Notes under the pieces: generated by a model
Told to the model about the DNA's origin: nothing
What the model saw: only the letters and a program-made list of their open reading frames with translations
Database searches by the model: none
Translations under genes and position numbers: made by a program
From: Candidatus Firestoneibacteriota bacterium
Lineage (GTDB): Bacteria > Oederibacteriota > D2-FULL-39-29 > JBBTED01
Length of the DNA stretch: 51,808 nucleotides
Reading direction: 5' to 3'
Assembly: GCA_038042445.1 (NCBI GenBank)
Contig: JBBTED010000163.1
Location: 1 to 51,808 of the forward strand
In this document: positions 1-15,000 of the stretch, one piece after another
How positions within the stretch are numbered: position 1 is the stretch's first letter
Layout of the letters: each line of letters begins with the position of its first letter

Positions 1-3000
1 GATACAGGTGGTTCTAATTTATCATACACGCAGTATACAATTTGGACAAATACAGGTCAAATTGGCACACAGTTAAAGACATGGACAAATATTGCAACGA
101 GTATAAATTCAAGTTCTTATAGCACTGATTGGCAAGTGGATTTTTCTGTATTACAGCAGGGAACAAATTATGTATCAGTTTTAGTTTTTGACAATGCCGG
201 AAATTCAGCAACTTTAAGCGATGTATTTTATGTCCGAAAAGATAATACAAATCCGCAAATTACAGATTATCAAACTGGTGATGATTCCTGGAGAAGTACA
301 AATAATGGAACTTATAATATAGATTTTGCAGATACAGGTGGAAGTAATCTTTCTTATGTTCAGACAAAAGTATGCAGTTCACAGGGACAAAGTGGATTAA
401 TACAAGATTGGACTACAGTAGTAAGCGGAATTAATTCTGCTACCTATGATACAAACTGGTCATTGTCTTCATCTGTATGGAATGCGCTTTCGCAGGGAAC
501 AAATTATATTTCAGTTCGTGTTTATGATAATGCAGGAAATTATTCTGAGTTGTCAGATGTGTTTTATGTCCGAAAAGATACTCAAAATCCGGGAATAACA
601 AATAATATTTCCGGTGGTGACAGTGTATGGAGAAAAACTACAGGCACAACTTACAATGTGGATTTTTCTGATGCAGGTTCATTAGTGGATTATTTCCAAT
701 ATACAGTTTATAGCAATACAGGACAAACTGGAAGCACATTAAAGTCGTGGACAAGTGTAGCAACTGGTATTAATAATGCAAGTTATACATACGACTGGAG
801 CGTAGATTTTGCAAGTTTGCAGGAAGGTGCAAATTATGTTTCAGTTCGTGTTTATGATATTGTAGGAAATGGGACAACCCTTGCAGATGCATTTTATATA
901 AACAAAGATACTGTCCTGCCAAGTGCTATTAGCAATTTATCTGCATCATCGGGCATTGAAGGTGAGATAAATCTTGTATGGACTGCTACTGGTGATAATG
1001 CAGGTTCAGGTACAGCTTCAAGCTATACTGTGAAATACAAAACATCTGCTAATTTTGATGGAACACAAGGTGATTTTGATTCAGCAACTACTTATGATAC
1101 TTCGGGTTGGTCTTCTCCGCAAATTGCAGGCTCTGGTGAAAATCGTGTTTTAACAGGTCTTACTCCGAATACACTTTACTATGTTGCAATTGAAGCTATT
1201 GATAAAGCAGGAAATAACGGAGCAGTATCAAATCTAACTGGTAATTCAGCTACATCAGGTGCTGATGTAACTTCACCTGGCCAGATTGCTAATTTAACAG
1301 CTTCAACAGGTGCATATCCAGGTGAAATAGATTTAAGCTGGACAGCACCAGGTGATAATAATTCAACAGGAACAGCGACTTTATATACTGTTAGATATTC
1401 TACATCAGCTGCTATTTCAACAGAAGGTGACTGGACATCTGCAACAACTTATAACCAGAACTGGACACCTTTAATTGCCGAAAGTACAGAGCAAAAAACT
1501 TTAAGTATGCCAAGTCCGAATACTACATATTATTTTGCAATTAGAGCAAAAGACGAAGTTAATAATGAAGGCAGTATATCAAATAGTCCGTCTGCAACTT
1601 CTGCTGCTACAGGTCCTGCTGCTGGAGTTATTGTTTATGGAGAAGGCACATATCAGGAGCCAAGATATATGAACTGGACAGGTTCAGGATGGCAGGGAGA
1701 GCAAACAGGCCCTGATGGTTCTGCTTCTACAGGTGTTATAAACTGGGTTATAACACGTTCGTGTCCTGTTGTCAGAAACGAAAAAATGGCAGGAATATTG
1801 TATTCAGACGGAACTTTATCTGTGCAAAGATGGAATGGTAGCATATGGGCAGTAGAATTTTCTACAACAGGAATAAGTGCTGCAAATAGTGCTTATCGTG
1901 GTTTTGATATTGCTTATGAGCAAAATACAGGCAGATGTATGGTGGTTTATTCTAAAGGAACAACAACAAATGAAATTGCATACAGGGTATGGGATGGAAG
2001 TTCATGGGTAATTGGAGAAACCAATGTAGAACTTGGGACAACTAATATTGTGTATTGGGTAAGAACAGAGCCGAAAAAAGGAAGCAATGAAATTATGATT
2101 GCAACATCAGATGCAAATAATGATATTTATGCAAACAGGTGGACTGGTTCTGCGATTTTAAATGGAAAAACTTTAACTACAGCAACTAATAGTTTAACTA
2201 CTCAGGGTTTTGATATTGCATGGGAAAACACATCAGGGAATTGCATGGTTATATGGAAACAAAGTTTAGTAACTAATTATGATTATTGGAATGGCTTAAA
2301 TTGGTTAGGTTCAGCTGGAGCTGGTCCTAATATTGCAACTTCTGCTGCTGGAAATGGATGGATAAAAATATCTGCAGATACTTCTTCCGGCTCAAATAAA
2401 ATTGGTTTTGCGTCTTTGGACAATAATGTTGACTGGAATTTATGTATTTGGGATGGTGCTATCTGGGGTTCTTTGCCTACAGAAGATGCATCAATGGCAT
2501 CAGTTACATACAGAGGAATAGATATTGCATGGGAAAAAGATTCAGGCAAATGTTTAGCAGTTGGAGGAGATTCTGCTTCAAGGCAAATTAGTTATGTAAC
2601 ATGGACACAAGCAGGTGGATGGAGTTCTGCTAATTTAAGTACAGCTCCAAAAGATTCATATTTGTGGGGAGGTACACTTCGCTGGTTACAATTAACTCCT
2701 GATCCAAATACAAATAAAATGACTTTAGTTGGAATAGACGCAAATGCTGATATTCGTTCACGTAATTGGACAGGTTCTACGTGGTCAGGTGGAACTCAGC
2801 ATGAGCCAGGTGCATCAAATTCTACAAAAGAATGTGAATTTATTGTATTTGACAGACACGATATAACTCCACCTACTATTGCTGATAATCAGACAGGTGA
2901 TGATACCTGGAGAATTTCCAATAACGGAACTTATGATATTGATTTTACAGATTCAGGCGGTTCAAAATTATCTTATATTCAGACAAAAGTTTTTTCAAAC

Positions 3001-6000
3001 ACAGGCCAGACAGGTTCAACTTTGCAGGATTGGACAACTGCTGTTTCATCTATAAATGCGGATTCGTATACTACAAATTGGTCATTGGCTGCTTCTACAT
3101 GGACCGCTTTGCAAGAGGGCACAAATTATGTGTCAGTCAAAATATTTGATGGTGTTGGCAATTCAGATAATTTAACAGATGTATTTTATGTGAAAAAAGA
3201 TTCAGTTTCTCCGGGTATAACAGATAACCAGACAGGTGATGATACCTGGAAAACATCTGCAGGGACAAATTATAATATTGATTTTAGTGATGGGATTTCT
3301 TTGTTAAACAATGTTCAATACGCTGTATATTCCAATACGGTTTTAACAGGTTCTACATTAAAAGACTGGACAAATATTGCAAGTTCTATAAATTCAGATT
3401 CATATACACAGGATTGGGCTGTAGATTTTGCTTCTTGTAATGAAGGCACAAATTATGTTTCAATCCGGGCGTATGATAATGCAGGTAACTGGTCAACATT
3501 ATTAGATTCATTTTATGTCCGAAAAGATACGACTAATCCGGGAGTAACAGATAATCAAACAGGAGATGATACCTGGAAAACATCTGCAGGTACAACTTAC
3601 AATGTAGATTTCACAGATACAGGCGGTTCATTGCTTTCATACACACAATATACTGTCTGGACAGATTCTAATCAGGCAGGAACGCAGCTTAAAGACTGGA
3701 CAAATATAGCCACAAGTATAAATGCTTCAGATTATACAGATAATTGGCAGGTAGACTGGGCAAGTTTGCAACAAGGTACAAATTACGTATCAGTTCGTGC
3801 CTTTGACAATGCAGGAAATTCAGTTGCTTTAGCAGATGTGTTTTATGTGAAAAAAGATACAACTTCTCCTGCAATTACTGATAACCAGTTAGGTGACGAT
3901 ACCTGGAAAACTGGAACTGGCACAACTTATAATATAGATTTTTCTGATAATGAGTCACAACTTTCATACACACAATATACAGTTTATTCTAATACAGGGC
4001 AAACCGGAACTACACTTAAAGACTGGATAAATATTGCAAGTTCTATAAATGCATCTTCATATACAAATGATTGGCAAGTAGATTGGGCGAGTTTGCAACA
4101 AGGCACAAATTACGTATCAGTTCGTGTTTATGACAATGCAGGTTTGTCTGCTACTTTGAATGATGTATTTTATGTGAAAAAAGACACAAATAATCCTGTA
4201 ATAACAGATACACAAACAGGTGATGACACTTGGAAAAATTCTTCAGGGACAACCTACAATATAGATTTTTCAGATTCAGCAGGTGCAAATAATTCGTTAT
4301 TATCTTATGCCCAATACACAGTATATTCAGATACAGGACAAACTGGTAGCACGTTAAAAGACTGGACAAATATTGCATCTGGTATAAATGCATTAGAATA
4401 TACTGATAATTGGCAGATAGATTTTGCTTCAGGACAGCAGGGAACAAATTATGTATCAGTTCGGGTTTATGACAATGCAGGCTTGAGTGCTACTTTAAAT
4501 GATGTATTTTATGTGAAAAAGGATACAAATAATCCGGGAGTTACAGATAATCAGACAGGTGATGATATATGGAGAACTGCTGCAGGAATTTCTTACAATG
4601 TAGATTTTTCAGATACAGGAGGTTCTTTATTATCTTATGCTCAATATACAATTTATGCGAATACAAATCAGACCAGCACACAATTAAAACCATGGACAAA
4701 TATTGCAAGTAGTATAAATGCTTCGGATTGGACAGATAATTGGCAGGTAGATTTTGCTTCTTTACAGGAAGGCACGAATTATGTATCAGCACGTGTTTAT
4801 GACAATTCTGGGAATTGGGCAACATTAACAGATGTTTTTTATATTAAAAAATCTGCAACTGCTCCAACAATAGGTGATAACCAAAATGGTGATGATACGT
4901 GGCGGGCTTCATCAGGAACTTCTTATGATGTAGATTGGACAGATGCAGGTTCGTCTTTGCTTTCGTATGCCCAGTGGACAGTTTATTCTAATACAGGGCA
5001 AACTGGTTCTACTTTAAAAGACTGGACAAATATAGCAAGCTCAATAAATGCGGCACAATACACAGATAACTGGCAGGTTGACTGGGTTTCTTTAAGTGAA
5101 GGCACAAATTATGTAAGTGTCAGGGTTTATAATAATGCAGGAGCTTCGACAAGTTTAATCGACGCATTTTATGTTAAAAAAGATGTATCAAATCCTACAA
5201 TTACAGATTCCCAGACAGGAGATGATACATGGAAGAATGCAAGTGGTACTACTTACAACATAGATTTTGTAGATACAGGCAATTCGTTATTATCTTATGC
5301 ACAGTATGCAGTATATTCAAATACAGGCTTAACTGGTTCAACACTTAAAACGTGGACTGCAATTGTTGCAGGTATAAATGCATCGGATTATACAAATAAT
5401 TGGCAGGTAGATTGGGCAAGTCTACAGGAAGGAACGAATTATGTGTCAGTGAAAGTTTTTGATAATTCCGGAAATTCAGCGAGTTTGTTAGATATGTTTT
5501 ATGTTAAAAAAGATACGAATTTGCCTACAATTACGAATAATCAGGCAGGTACAGATAATACATGGCGGACTTCTTCTGGCACAACTTACAATGTTGATTT
5601 TTATGATACTGCTGGAAGCACGAATTCTTTGCTTTCTTATATCCAGTATGCAGTATATTCAAATACAGGACAAACTGGTTCAACACTTATAGACTGGACA
5701 AATATAGCAAGCAGTATAAATGCTTCGGATTATACTACTAACTGGTCAGTTAATTTTTCATTACTTACCCAAGGAACGAATTATGTGAGTGTTCGTGTTT
5801 ATGACAATTCCGGAAATTCGGCAAATTTAACAGACGCATTTTATATTAAAAAAGATATTACTTCTCCGGGTATAGCTGATGATCAAACAGGTGATGATAC
5901 ATGGAAATCTACATCAGGTACAAGCTATAATATAGATTGGACAGATACGGGGAACTCACAACTTTCCTATGCCCAATATACAGTATACTCAAATACTGCT

Positions 6001-9000
6001 TTAACAGGTTCAACACTTATAGATTGGACAAATATAGCAACAAGTATAAATTCAAATTCATACACGAATGATTGGCAAGTGAATTGGACGAGTTTACAAC
6101 AAGGCACAAATTATGTTTCAGTGCGAGTTTATGATAATGCAGGACTTTCTTCAAATGAAACAGATGCGTTTTATATTAAAAAAGATACATCGGTTCCGGG
6201 AGTTACAGATAATCAATCAGGTGATGATATCTGGAAAAAAGTCAGTGGCACAGCTTATGATGTAGATTTCACAGATACAGGTGGTTCATTACTTTCTTAT
6301 GCCCAATATACAGTATATTCCAATACGGGACAAACTGGAAGTACACTTAAGGTGTGGACAAATATTGCTACAGGTATAAATGCAAATTCATATACTATAG
6401 ATTGGCAAGTTGATTTTTCAAGTTTGCAGGAAGGCACAAATTATGTTTCAGTTAAAACTTATGATGTTGCAGGAAATTCAGTAACACTTATAGATCCATT
6501 TTATGTTAAAAAAGATACTTTAGGACCTGTTGCAACTAATAATATTTCTGGTGGAGATAATACATGGCGAACTGCTTCTGGTACAACTTATGATGTAGAT
6601 TTTACTGACACTAAATCATTGCTTTCTTATGTACAGTATACGGTTTATTCAGGTACAGGTTTAACTGGTTCTACATTAAAGGATTGGACAAATATAGCAA
6701 CAAGTATAAATGCTTTTGATTATACAGATAACTGGCAGGTAGATTTTACGAGTTTACAAGAAGGAACAAATTATGTAACAGTTCGCGCTTATGACAATTT
6801 ATCAAATTTGACAACACTTACAGATGCATTTTATGTGAAAAAGGATACTACTAATCCGGGAATTACAGATAATCAAACAGGTGATGATACCTGGAAAAAA
6901 GTTTCAGGCACAACTTACAACGCAGATTTTTCAGATAATCAGTCTTTGCTTTCTTATGCTCAATATACTATTTGGAGTAATACAGTTCAGACGGGATCAT
7001 TAATTAAGGACTGGACAAATATAGCAACAAGTATAAATGCTGCATCATATACTATTGACTGGCAGGTGGATTTTAATGCTTTGCAGCAGGGAACGAATTA
7101 TGTGTCAGTGAGATGTTATGATAATGTGAGTAAGGTTCTAACACAAAACGATATTTTCTATGTGAAAAAAGATACAAATAATCCGACTATTGAAGATTTG
7201 CAAAGCGGTGATGACACTGTTCGCAGTTCTGGTGGCACAACTTACAATGTTAATTTTTCAGATACATTTGCATCTTCAAATTCTTTATTATCTTATGTCC
7301 AGTATACTGTTTATAATGATACTGGTTTAACAGGTGAGTCAATTATTCCATGGACAAATATAGCAAGTTCAATAAATGCTTCGGATTATACTACAGATTG
7401 GGAAGTAAATTTTGGTGCATTGCAGCAAGGAACAAATAACTATGTTTCAGTTCGTGTCTATGATAATGCGGGTAATTCTGCAACACTTATGGATCCATTT
7501 TATGTGAAAAAAGCAATAGGTCAGCCGACTATCACGGATAATCAATTAGGCGATGATGTATGGAGAAATACGAATGCCGGAATATATAATATAGATTTTA
7601 CTTCTGGAAGTGGTGAAAATCTTTCTTATTTCCAGACAAAAGTTACAAGTTTGCCAAATCAATCTGGAAGCACTTTGCAGGATTGGACTACAGTAGTTTC
7701 TTCTATTAATGCAACAAACTATACAAATAATTGGGCTATATTGGCATCTACATGGAGTGCAGCACAGGAAGGAACAAATTATGTATCTGTTCGCATATAT
7801 GATATTGCGGCAAATACAACTACAACAAATGATGTGTTTTATGTCCGAAAGGATACAACAAATCCTGGAATAACAGATAGCCAGGCAGGTGATGATACAT
7901 GGAAAAATTCTACTGGCACTGCTTATAATGTAGATTTTTCAGATGCAGGTTCGCTTCTTTCCTATGTTCAATATACAATATACTCAAATACTAATTTAAC
8001 AGGTAGCACCTTAAAGGATTGGACAAATATCGCAACGAGTATAAATGTTTCAGATTATACCACAGATTGGCAGGTGGATTTCTCAAGTTTGCAACAGGGA
8101 ACTAATTATGTTTCAGTACGAGTTTATGATACAGCAGGAAATTCTGCTACGTTGAAAGATCCATTTTATGTCAAAAAAGATACAACAAATCCTGGGTTCA
8201 CAGACAATCAAACAGGTGATGATACATGGAGAACTGCATCAGGTACATCTTACGATGTTGACTTCACAGATACAGGAGGAGCTAATTTATCTTATGCTCA
8301 ATACACAATATACTCAAATACTAATTTAACAGGCAACACATTAAAAACCTGGACAAATATAGCAACTGGAATAAATGCTGCATCGTATACAGATGACTGG
8401 CAGGTAGATTGGGCAAGTTTGCAACAAGGAACAAACTATGTATCAGTTCGCACTTATGATAATGCCGGAAATTCTGCAACACTTGTAGATCCATTTTATA
8501 TAAAAAAAGATACTGTTAACCCGGGAATAACAGATAACCAAACAGGAGATGATAACTGGAAAACTGCATCAGGCACGAGTTATAATATAGATTTTTCAGA
8601 TGCAGGTTCTTTGGTTTCCTATTTCCAATATACAGTATATTCCAATACAGGATTTACTGGGAGTACACTTAAGGATTGGACAACAGTAGCAAGTTCAATA
8701 AATAATTCCAATTATACTACCAATTGGCAGGTGGATTTTGCGAGCTTACAGCAAGGCACAAATTATGTGTCAGTTCGCGTTTTTGATAATGTTGGAAATT
8801 CAGAAACACTTGCGGATGCGTTTTATGTTAAGAAAGACACTTCAGCGTCGACTATAACAGATAATCAAACAGGTGATGATACATGGAAAAATGCAAGTGG
8901 CACAAGTTATAATATAGATTTTTCAGACGCAAATTCACTTTTATCTTATGCTCAATACACAATTTATTCAAATACTAATTTAACAGGAACTACACTTAAA

Positions 9001-12000
9001 ACTTGGACAGATATAGCAACAAGTATAAATGCTACGGATTATACAGATAACTGGCAGATTAATTTTAATTCATGCCAACAGGGAACAAATTATGTGTCAG
9101 TGAGAGTTTATGATAATGCCGGAAATTCTGCAACACTTGTAGATCCATTTTATATAAAAAAAGATACAACAAATCCGCAAATTGGAAATAATCAAACAGG
9201 GGATAATACATGGAAAAACATATCAGGTACAACTTATAATGTAGATTTTTCAGATACAGGAGGAGCTAATTTATCTTATGTCCAATACACAGTATATTCA
9301 AATACACTGATGACTGGCTCTACATTAAAGGATTGGACTAACATAGCTACAAGTATAAATGCATCAGATTATACAGATAATTGGCAGGTTGACTGGGCAA
9401 GTCTTAACGAGGGAACAAATTATGTATCAGTTCGTGCTTATGATAATGCAGGAAATTCAGATACATTATTAGATGCGTTTTATGTCCGAAAGGATGTAAC
9501 AAATCCGGGAATAACAGACAGCCAGGCAGGTGATGATACATTTAGAAATTCATCAGGAACAATTTATAATGTAGATTTTTCAGATACAGGTAATTCAAAT
9601 TTATCTTATGTGCAATATACAGTTTATTCAAATACAGGTTTGACAGGAAGCACATTAAAAACATGGACAAATATAGCAATAACTATAAATGCGGCAGATT
9701 ATACTAATAATTGGCAAGTTGATTGGGCAAGTCTACAAGAGGGAACGAATTATGTATCAGTATGTGTTTATGACAATGCAGGAAATTCAGCAACACTTGT
9801 AGACCCATTTTATGTCCGAAAAGATGTAACGAATCCCGGAACAACAGATAGCCAGACAGGTGATGACACTTGGCGTTCTGTATTAGGCACAAGCTATAAC
9901 ATAGATTTTTCTGATACAGGAAACTCGCAACTTTCTTATGCCCAGTACACAGTATATTCTGGTGCTGGAATGACAGGTTCTACATTGAAAACTTGGACAA
10001 ATATAGCCACAAGTATAAATGCAAATGATTATACGAATAATTGGCAGGTAGATTTCGCAAGTTTACAAGAAGGAACAAATTATGTGTCATCGCGAGTTTA
10101 TGACAATGCTGGAAATTCTGTAACTTTACAAGATGCATTTTATGTTAAAAAAGATACTCAAGGTCCGGGAATAACAGATAATCAAACAGGAGATGACACA
10201 TTTAGGAAAACAAGTGGAACAACTTACAATGTAGATTTTTCAGATACAGGTTCATTGCTTTCTTATTTTCAATACACAATATATTCTGATACAGGACAAA
10301 CTGGAACAACGTTAAAAGATTGGACAACACTTGCAAGTTCAATAAATAATTCTGATTATACTACAAACTGGCAGGTAGATTGGGCAAGTTTGCAACAGGG
10401 AACAAGTTATGTATCAGTTCGTGTGTCCGATAATTTGAATAATTCATCAACCTTGTTAGATGTATTTTATGTCAAAAAAGACACAAATAATCCTACTATA
10501 CCTGATAATCAAACAGGAGATGATACTTGGAAAAATGCGAGTGGGACAACTTATAATGTGGATTTTTCTGATACTGCTGGTTCTGTGAATTCACTTTTGT
10601 CTTATGCTCAATATACTGTTTATAGTAATCCGGGTTTAGCTGGTTCAACATTAAAAGATTGGACAAACATAGCAAGTTCAATAAATGCTTTAGATTATAC
10701 AGATAATTGGCAGGTAGATTTTGCAAGCATACAGCAGGGAATAAATTATGTGTCAGTTCGTACTTATGATAATGCGAATAACAGTAATCAATCAAATGAT
10801 GTGTTTTATGTCAAAAAGGATACACAGGGACCGATAGTTACAGATAATCAAACAGGTGATGATACCTGGAAAAATACGGGCGGGACAACTTATAATATAG
10901 ATTTTTCTGATGCTAATTCTTTGCTGAGTGTTGCCCAATACGCAATATATTCAAATACTAATTTAACAGGAAGCACACTTAAAGATTGGACAAATATAGC
11001 AAGCTCAATAAATGCCGCAGATTATACTGACAATTGGCAGGTGGATTGGACAGCATTACAAACAGGAACGAATTATGTGTCAGTTCGTGTGTCCGATAAT
11101 TTGAATAATTCAACAACTTTGTTAGATCCATTTTATGTGAAAAAGGATACAACAAATCCTGGGATAACAGATAATCAAACAGGTGATGATAATTGGAAAA
11201 ATTCCAGTGGTACAGCATACAACATAGATTTTACAGATACAGGAAATTCAAATCTGTCTTATGCTCAATACACAGTTTGGACAGATACAGGTCAAACAGG
11301 CACACAACTTAAAACTTGGACAAATATTGCAAGCTCAATAAATGCTACGGATTATACTGATAATTGGCAAATAGATTTTTCAGTTTTACAGGAAACTACA
11401 AATTATGTATCAGTGAAAGTTTTTGATAATGCAGGAAATTCAGCAACACTTGTGGATCCATTTTATGTGAAAAAAGATGTAACAAATCCTGGAATAACAG
11501 ACAATCAAACAGGTGATGATACATGGAGAAATGCATCAGGCACGAGCTATAATATAGATTGGACAGATACTGGAAATTCATTACTTAATTATGTACAGTA
11601 CACAGTATATTCAGGCGCAGGAATGACAGGAAGCACATTGAAATCGTGGACAAATATTGCAACAAGTATAAATGCGAATTCATATACTGATAATTGGCAG
11701 GTTGACTGGGCAAGTCTACAAGAGGGCACAAATTATGTAACATCACGGGGTTTTGATAACGCCGGAAATTCTATAACTTTGCAGGATTCATTTTATGTAA
11801 AGAAAGATACAGTAGGTCCGGGCATAACAGATAATCAAACAGGAGATGATACATGGAAGAATGCGAGTGGCACAACTTACAACATAGATTTTTCAGACAC
11901 AGGTTCACAGCTTTCTTATTTCCAATATACAATATATTCTGGTGTAGGTTTAACTGGTTCTACTTTAAAGGATTGGACAACAGTAGCAAGTTCAATAAAT

Positions 12001-15000
12001 AATCCTAATTATACTACAGATTGGCAAGTGGATTTTGCATCTTGCCAAACAGGGACGAATTATGTGTCAGTCAGATGTTATGATAATCAAAGTAACGTTA
12101 CAACACTTATAGACCCATTTTATGTGAAAAAAGATACAACCAACCCAAGTGCAATTGCAAATCTTGCAGTTTCTACAGGAACAGAAGGTGTTTTAAATTT
12201 AACATGGACAGCATCAGGTGATGATGCAGGTTCTGGCACTGTATCAAATTATCTTGTGAAATATAAAACTTCTGCACAGGGAAATTTTGATGGTAGTGAT
12301 GTTGATTTTAATGCAGCTGCTACTTTTAATCATAGTTGGACAGGTTTTGCAGGTGGTGGGTCGGGAGAAAGCAGAACTATTACAGGTTTAACTGCAAGTT
12401 CTCTTTATTATGTTGCAATTAAGGCAATTGATAAAGCAGGTAATTATGGCGCAATTTCAAATCTTTCAGGAAATTCAGGAACAACAGGTTCTGATGTTAC
12501 AAACCCCGGAATAATTTCAAGTCTAAGCGCTCAAACAGGTGATTATGCAGGTGAGATTAAACTTTCATGGACAGCACCAGGTGATAATGACACAACTGGT
12601 GATTTGCAGGCTCCACCTAATGGTGGTTATTATGCCAGATATAGCGCATCAGCTATTACTGATACAGCAACGTGGAATGCTGCAACAGTTTATTCGCAAT
12701 CATGGACGCCACTTGCATCCGGGCAAACAGAAAACAGAGTCCTTTCAGGGCTTCTTGCAAGCACTACATATTATTTTGCAGTTCGCGGATATGATGAAGT
12801 TAATAATACTTCAGCCATAGGAAATAGTCCGTCTGCAACAACAGGTTCTCCAGGAGCTGCTGCTGGATTGGTCCTTTATGGGGAAGGTTCAAGTGCTACA
12901 ATACCTAAGTATATGCTTTGGACTGGTTCAAGCTGGGGCTCTGCCCAGTCTGCGGCAAACGCAACTTCTACAATGAGATGGATAATTACAAAATCTTGTC
13001 CTGTTGTTAGAAATGAAAAAATGGCTGGTGTTCTTTCAAGTTCTGGAACACTAACTATAATGAAATATGATGGTCAGGCAAATTCATGGGCTGCACAATT
13101 TTCTGTGTCAGGAATAGGTTCTGCAAGTAGTATTTATCGTGGGTTTGATATTGCTTATGAACAAAATACAGGTAGATGTGTTGTGATATATTCTACTGGT
13201 GCATCTTCCAATGAAGTTGCATATAGAATATGGAATGGAAGTTCATGGGTAGTAGGTGAAACTACAATAGATTTAGGGACTACAGGTGTTGCATATTGGG
13301 TAAGATTAGAGGCAAGACTCGGAACAGATATTATGATGCTTTCAACATTAGATTCAAATTCAGATATTTATGCGTTGAGGTGGACAGGTTCTGTTTGGCA
13401 AGATGGTAAAACTCTAACAACTTCTGCTGCAGTGAATAATAAACAATGCTATGACATTGTCTGGGAATATACAACAGGTAATTGTATGGTGCTTTGGGGA
13501 ACAGGCACAACTACAAATTATGATTATTTCAATGGAGCAGCCTGGCTTGGGAGTGCAGGAGTTGGTCCAAATATAGTTGCAACTGCTAATTGGCTTAAAC
13601 TTTCTGCTGATACACAGACAAGTTCTAATAATATTGGTATGTCAAGTATTGATGGTTTGTCAGACTGGAATGTTTCTATATGGAATGGTTCTTCCTGGGG
13701 AGCATTGCCAACTGAAAATACAGGTATGGAAGCAACTGCTATGTCTCGTTGCTCAGATATTGCATGGGAAAAAGATTCAGGGAAATGTATAGCTGTTGGT
13801 GTGCCTTTATCTTCAACAAAGTTTAGATATATTACATGGTCTACTGGTTCTTGGGCATTGAATCCTTCCGGGACTGCGAATGATACTTATGATTGGGCTA
13901 ACCATATCCAGTGGATGCAGCTTATTTCTGACCCAAATCAGAACAAAATGACAGTTATTGGTATTGATGAATCAGCAAGTATAAGATCAAGAAACTGGAC
14001 AGGTTCTGTATGGACAGGAGGAACGATTCATTCTTCATCAGCTTCTGATTATTTATATGAATGTGCTTATGTTTCTTTTGACAGACAAGATATTGTTCCG
14101 CCATCAATTACAGATAACCAGACAGGTGATGATACATGGAGAATTTCCAATAATGGGACCTATAATATTGATTTTTCAGATTCAGGTGGTTCCAAATTAT
14201 CTTATTTCCAGACAAGAGTTTATTCAGGTGCAGGAGCAACTGGCTCAACTTTGCAGGATTGGACAACTGTTGTATCTGGAATAAATGCTGATATATATAC
14301 AACTGACTGGTCTTGTGCTGCGTCTACATGGACAGCACTTGCACAAGGCACAAATTATATTTCTGCTAAAATATTTGATGGTGTCGGTAATTCTTATCTT
14401 TTAAATGATGCATTTTATGTGAAAAAAGATATAAATAATCCAACAATAACAGATAATCAGACAGGTGATGATACATGGAAAAATTCTTCAGGCACAAGTT
14501 ACAATATTGATTTTCTGGATACAGCATCTTTGCTTTCTTATGTCCAATACACAGTTTTTTCAGGAGCAGGTATGACAGGTAGCACTTTAAAGACGTGGAC
14601 AAATATTGCAAGTTCAATAAATGCTTCACAGTATACTGATAATTGGCAGGTAGATTGGATAAGTTTAAATGAAGGAACAAACTATGTTTCTATTCGCGCT
14701 TATGACAATGCAGGCCAAAGTTCAACACTAACAGATGGTTTTTATGTTAAGAAAGATACAGTAGCACCTGCTGTCCTTGGTAATTTGGCAGCATCCCCAG
14801 GTATTGCACGTGGTCAGGTTAAATTGACATGGACAGCACCTGGCGATAATGGTGCTTCAGACAATAATACTTCAGGTAATTATATTGTCAGATATTCTAC
14901 ATCTCCTATAACTAATGATACTGAATTTGGGAATGCTACTGATTTTGCAAATTCCTGGGTTCCTGCAAATGCGGGTACTCTTGAAACACGTTATGTGACT

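Noticed and set aside
136..138. GTG start of the 5973-aa ORF
   Set aside because: The frame is open and repeat-like from base 1, so the gene begins upstream of the window.
2863..12132. Repeat array as a CRISPR array or a DGR template/variable pair
   Set aside because: Units are ~330-bp in-frame coding repeats without unique spacers. Differences do not appear adenine-specific, and there is no cas or reverse transcriptase gene in the window.
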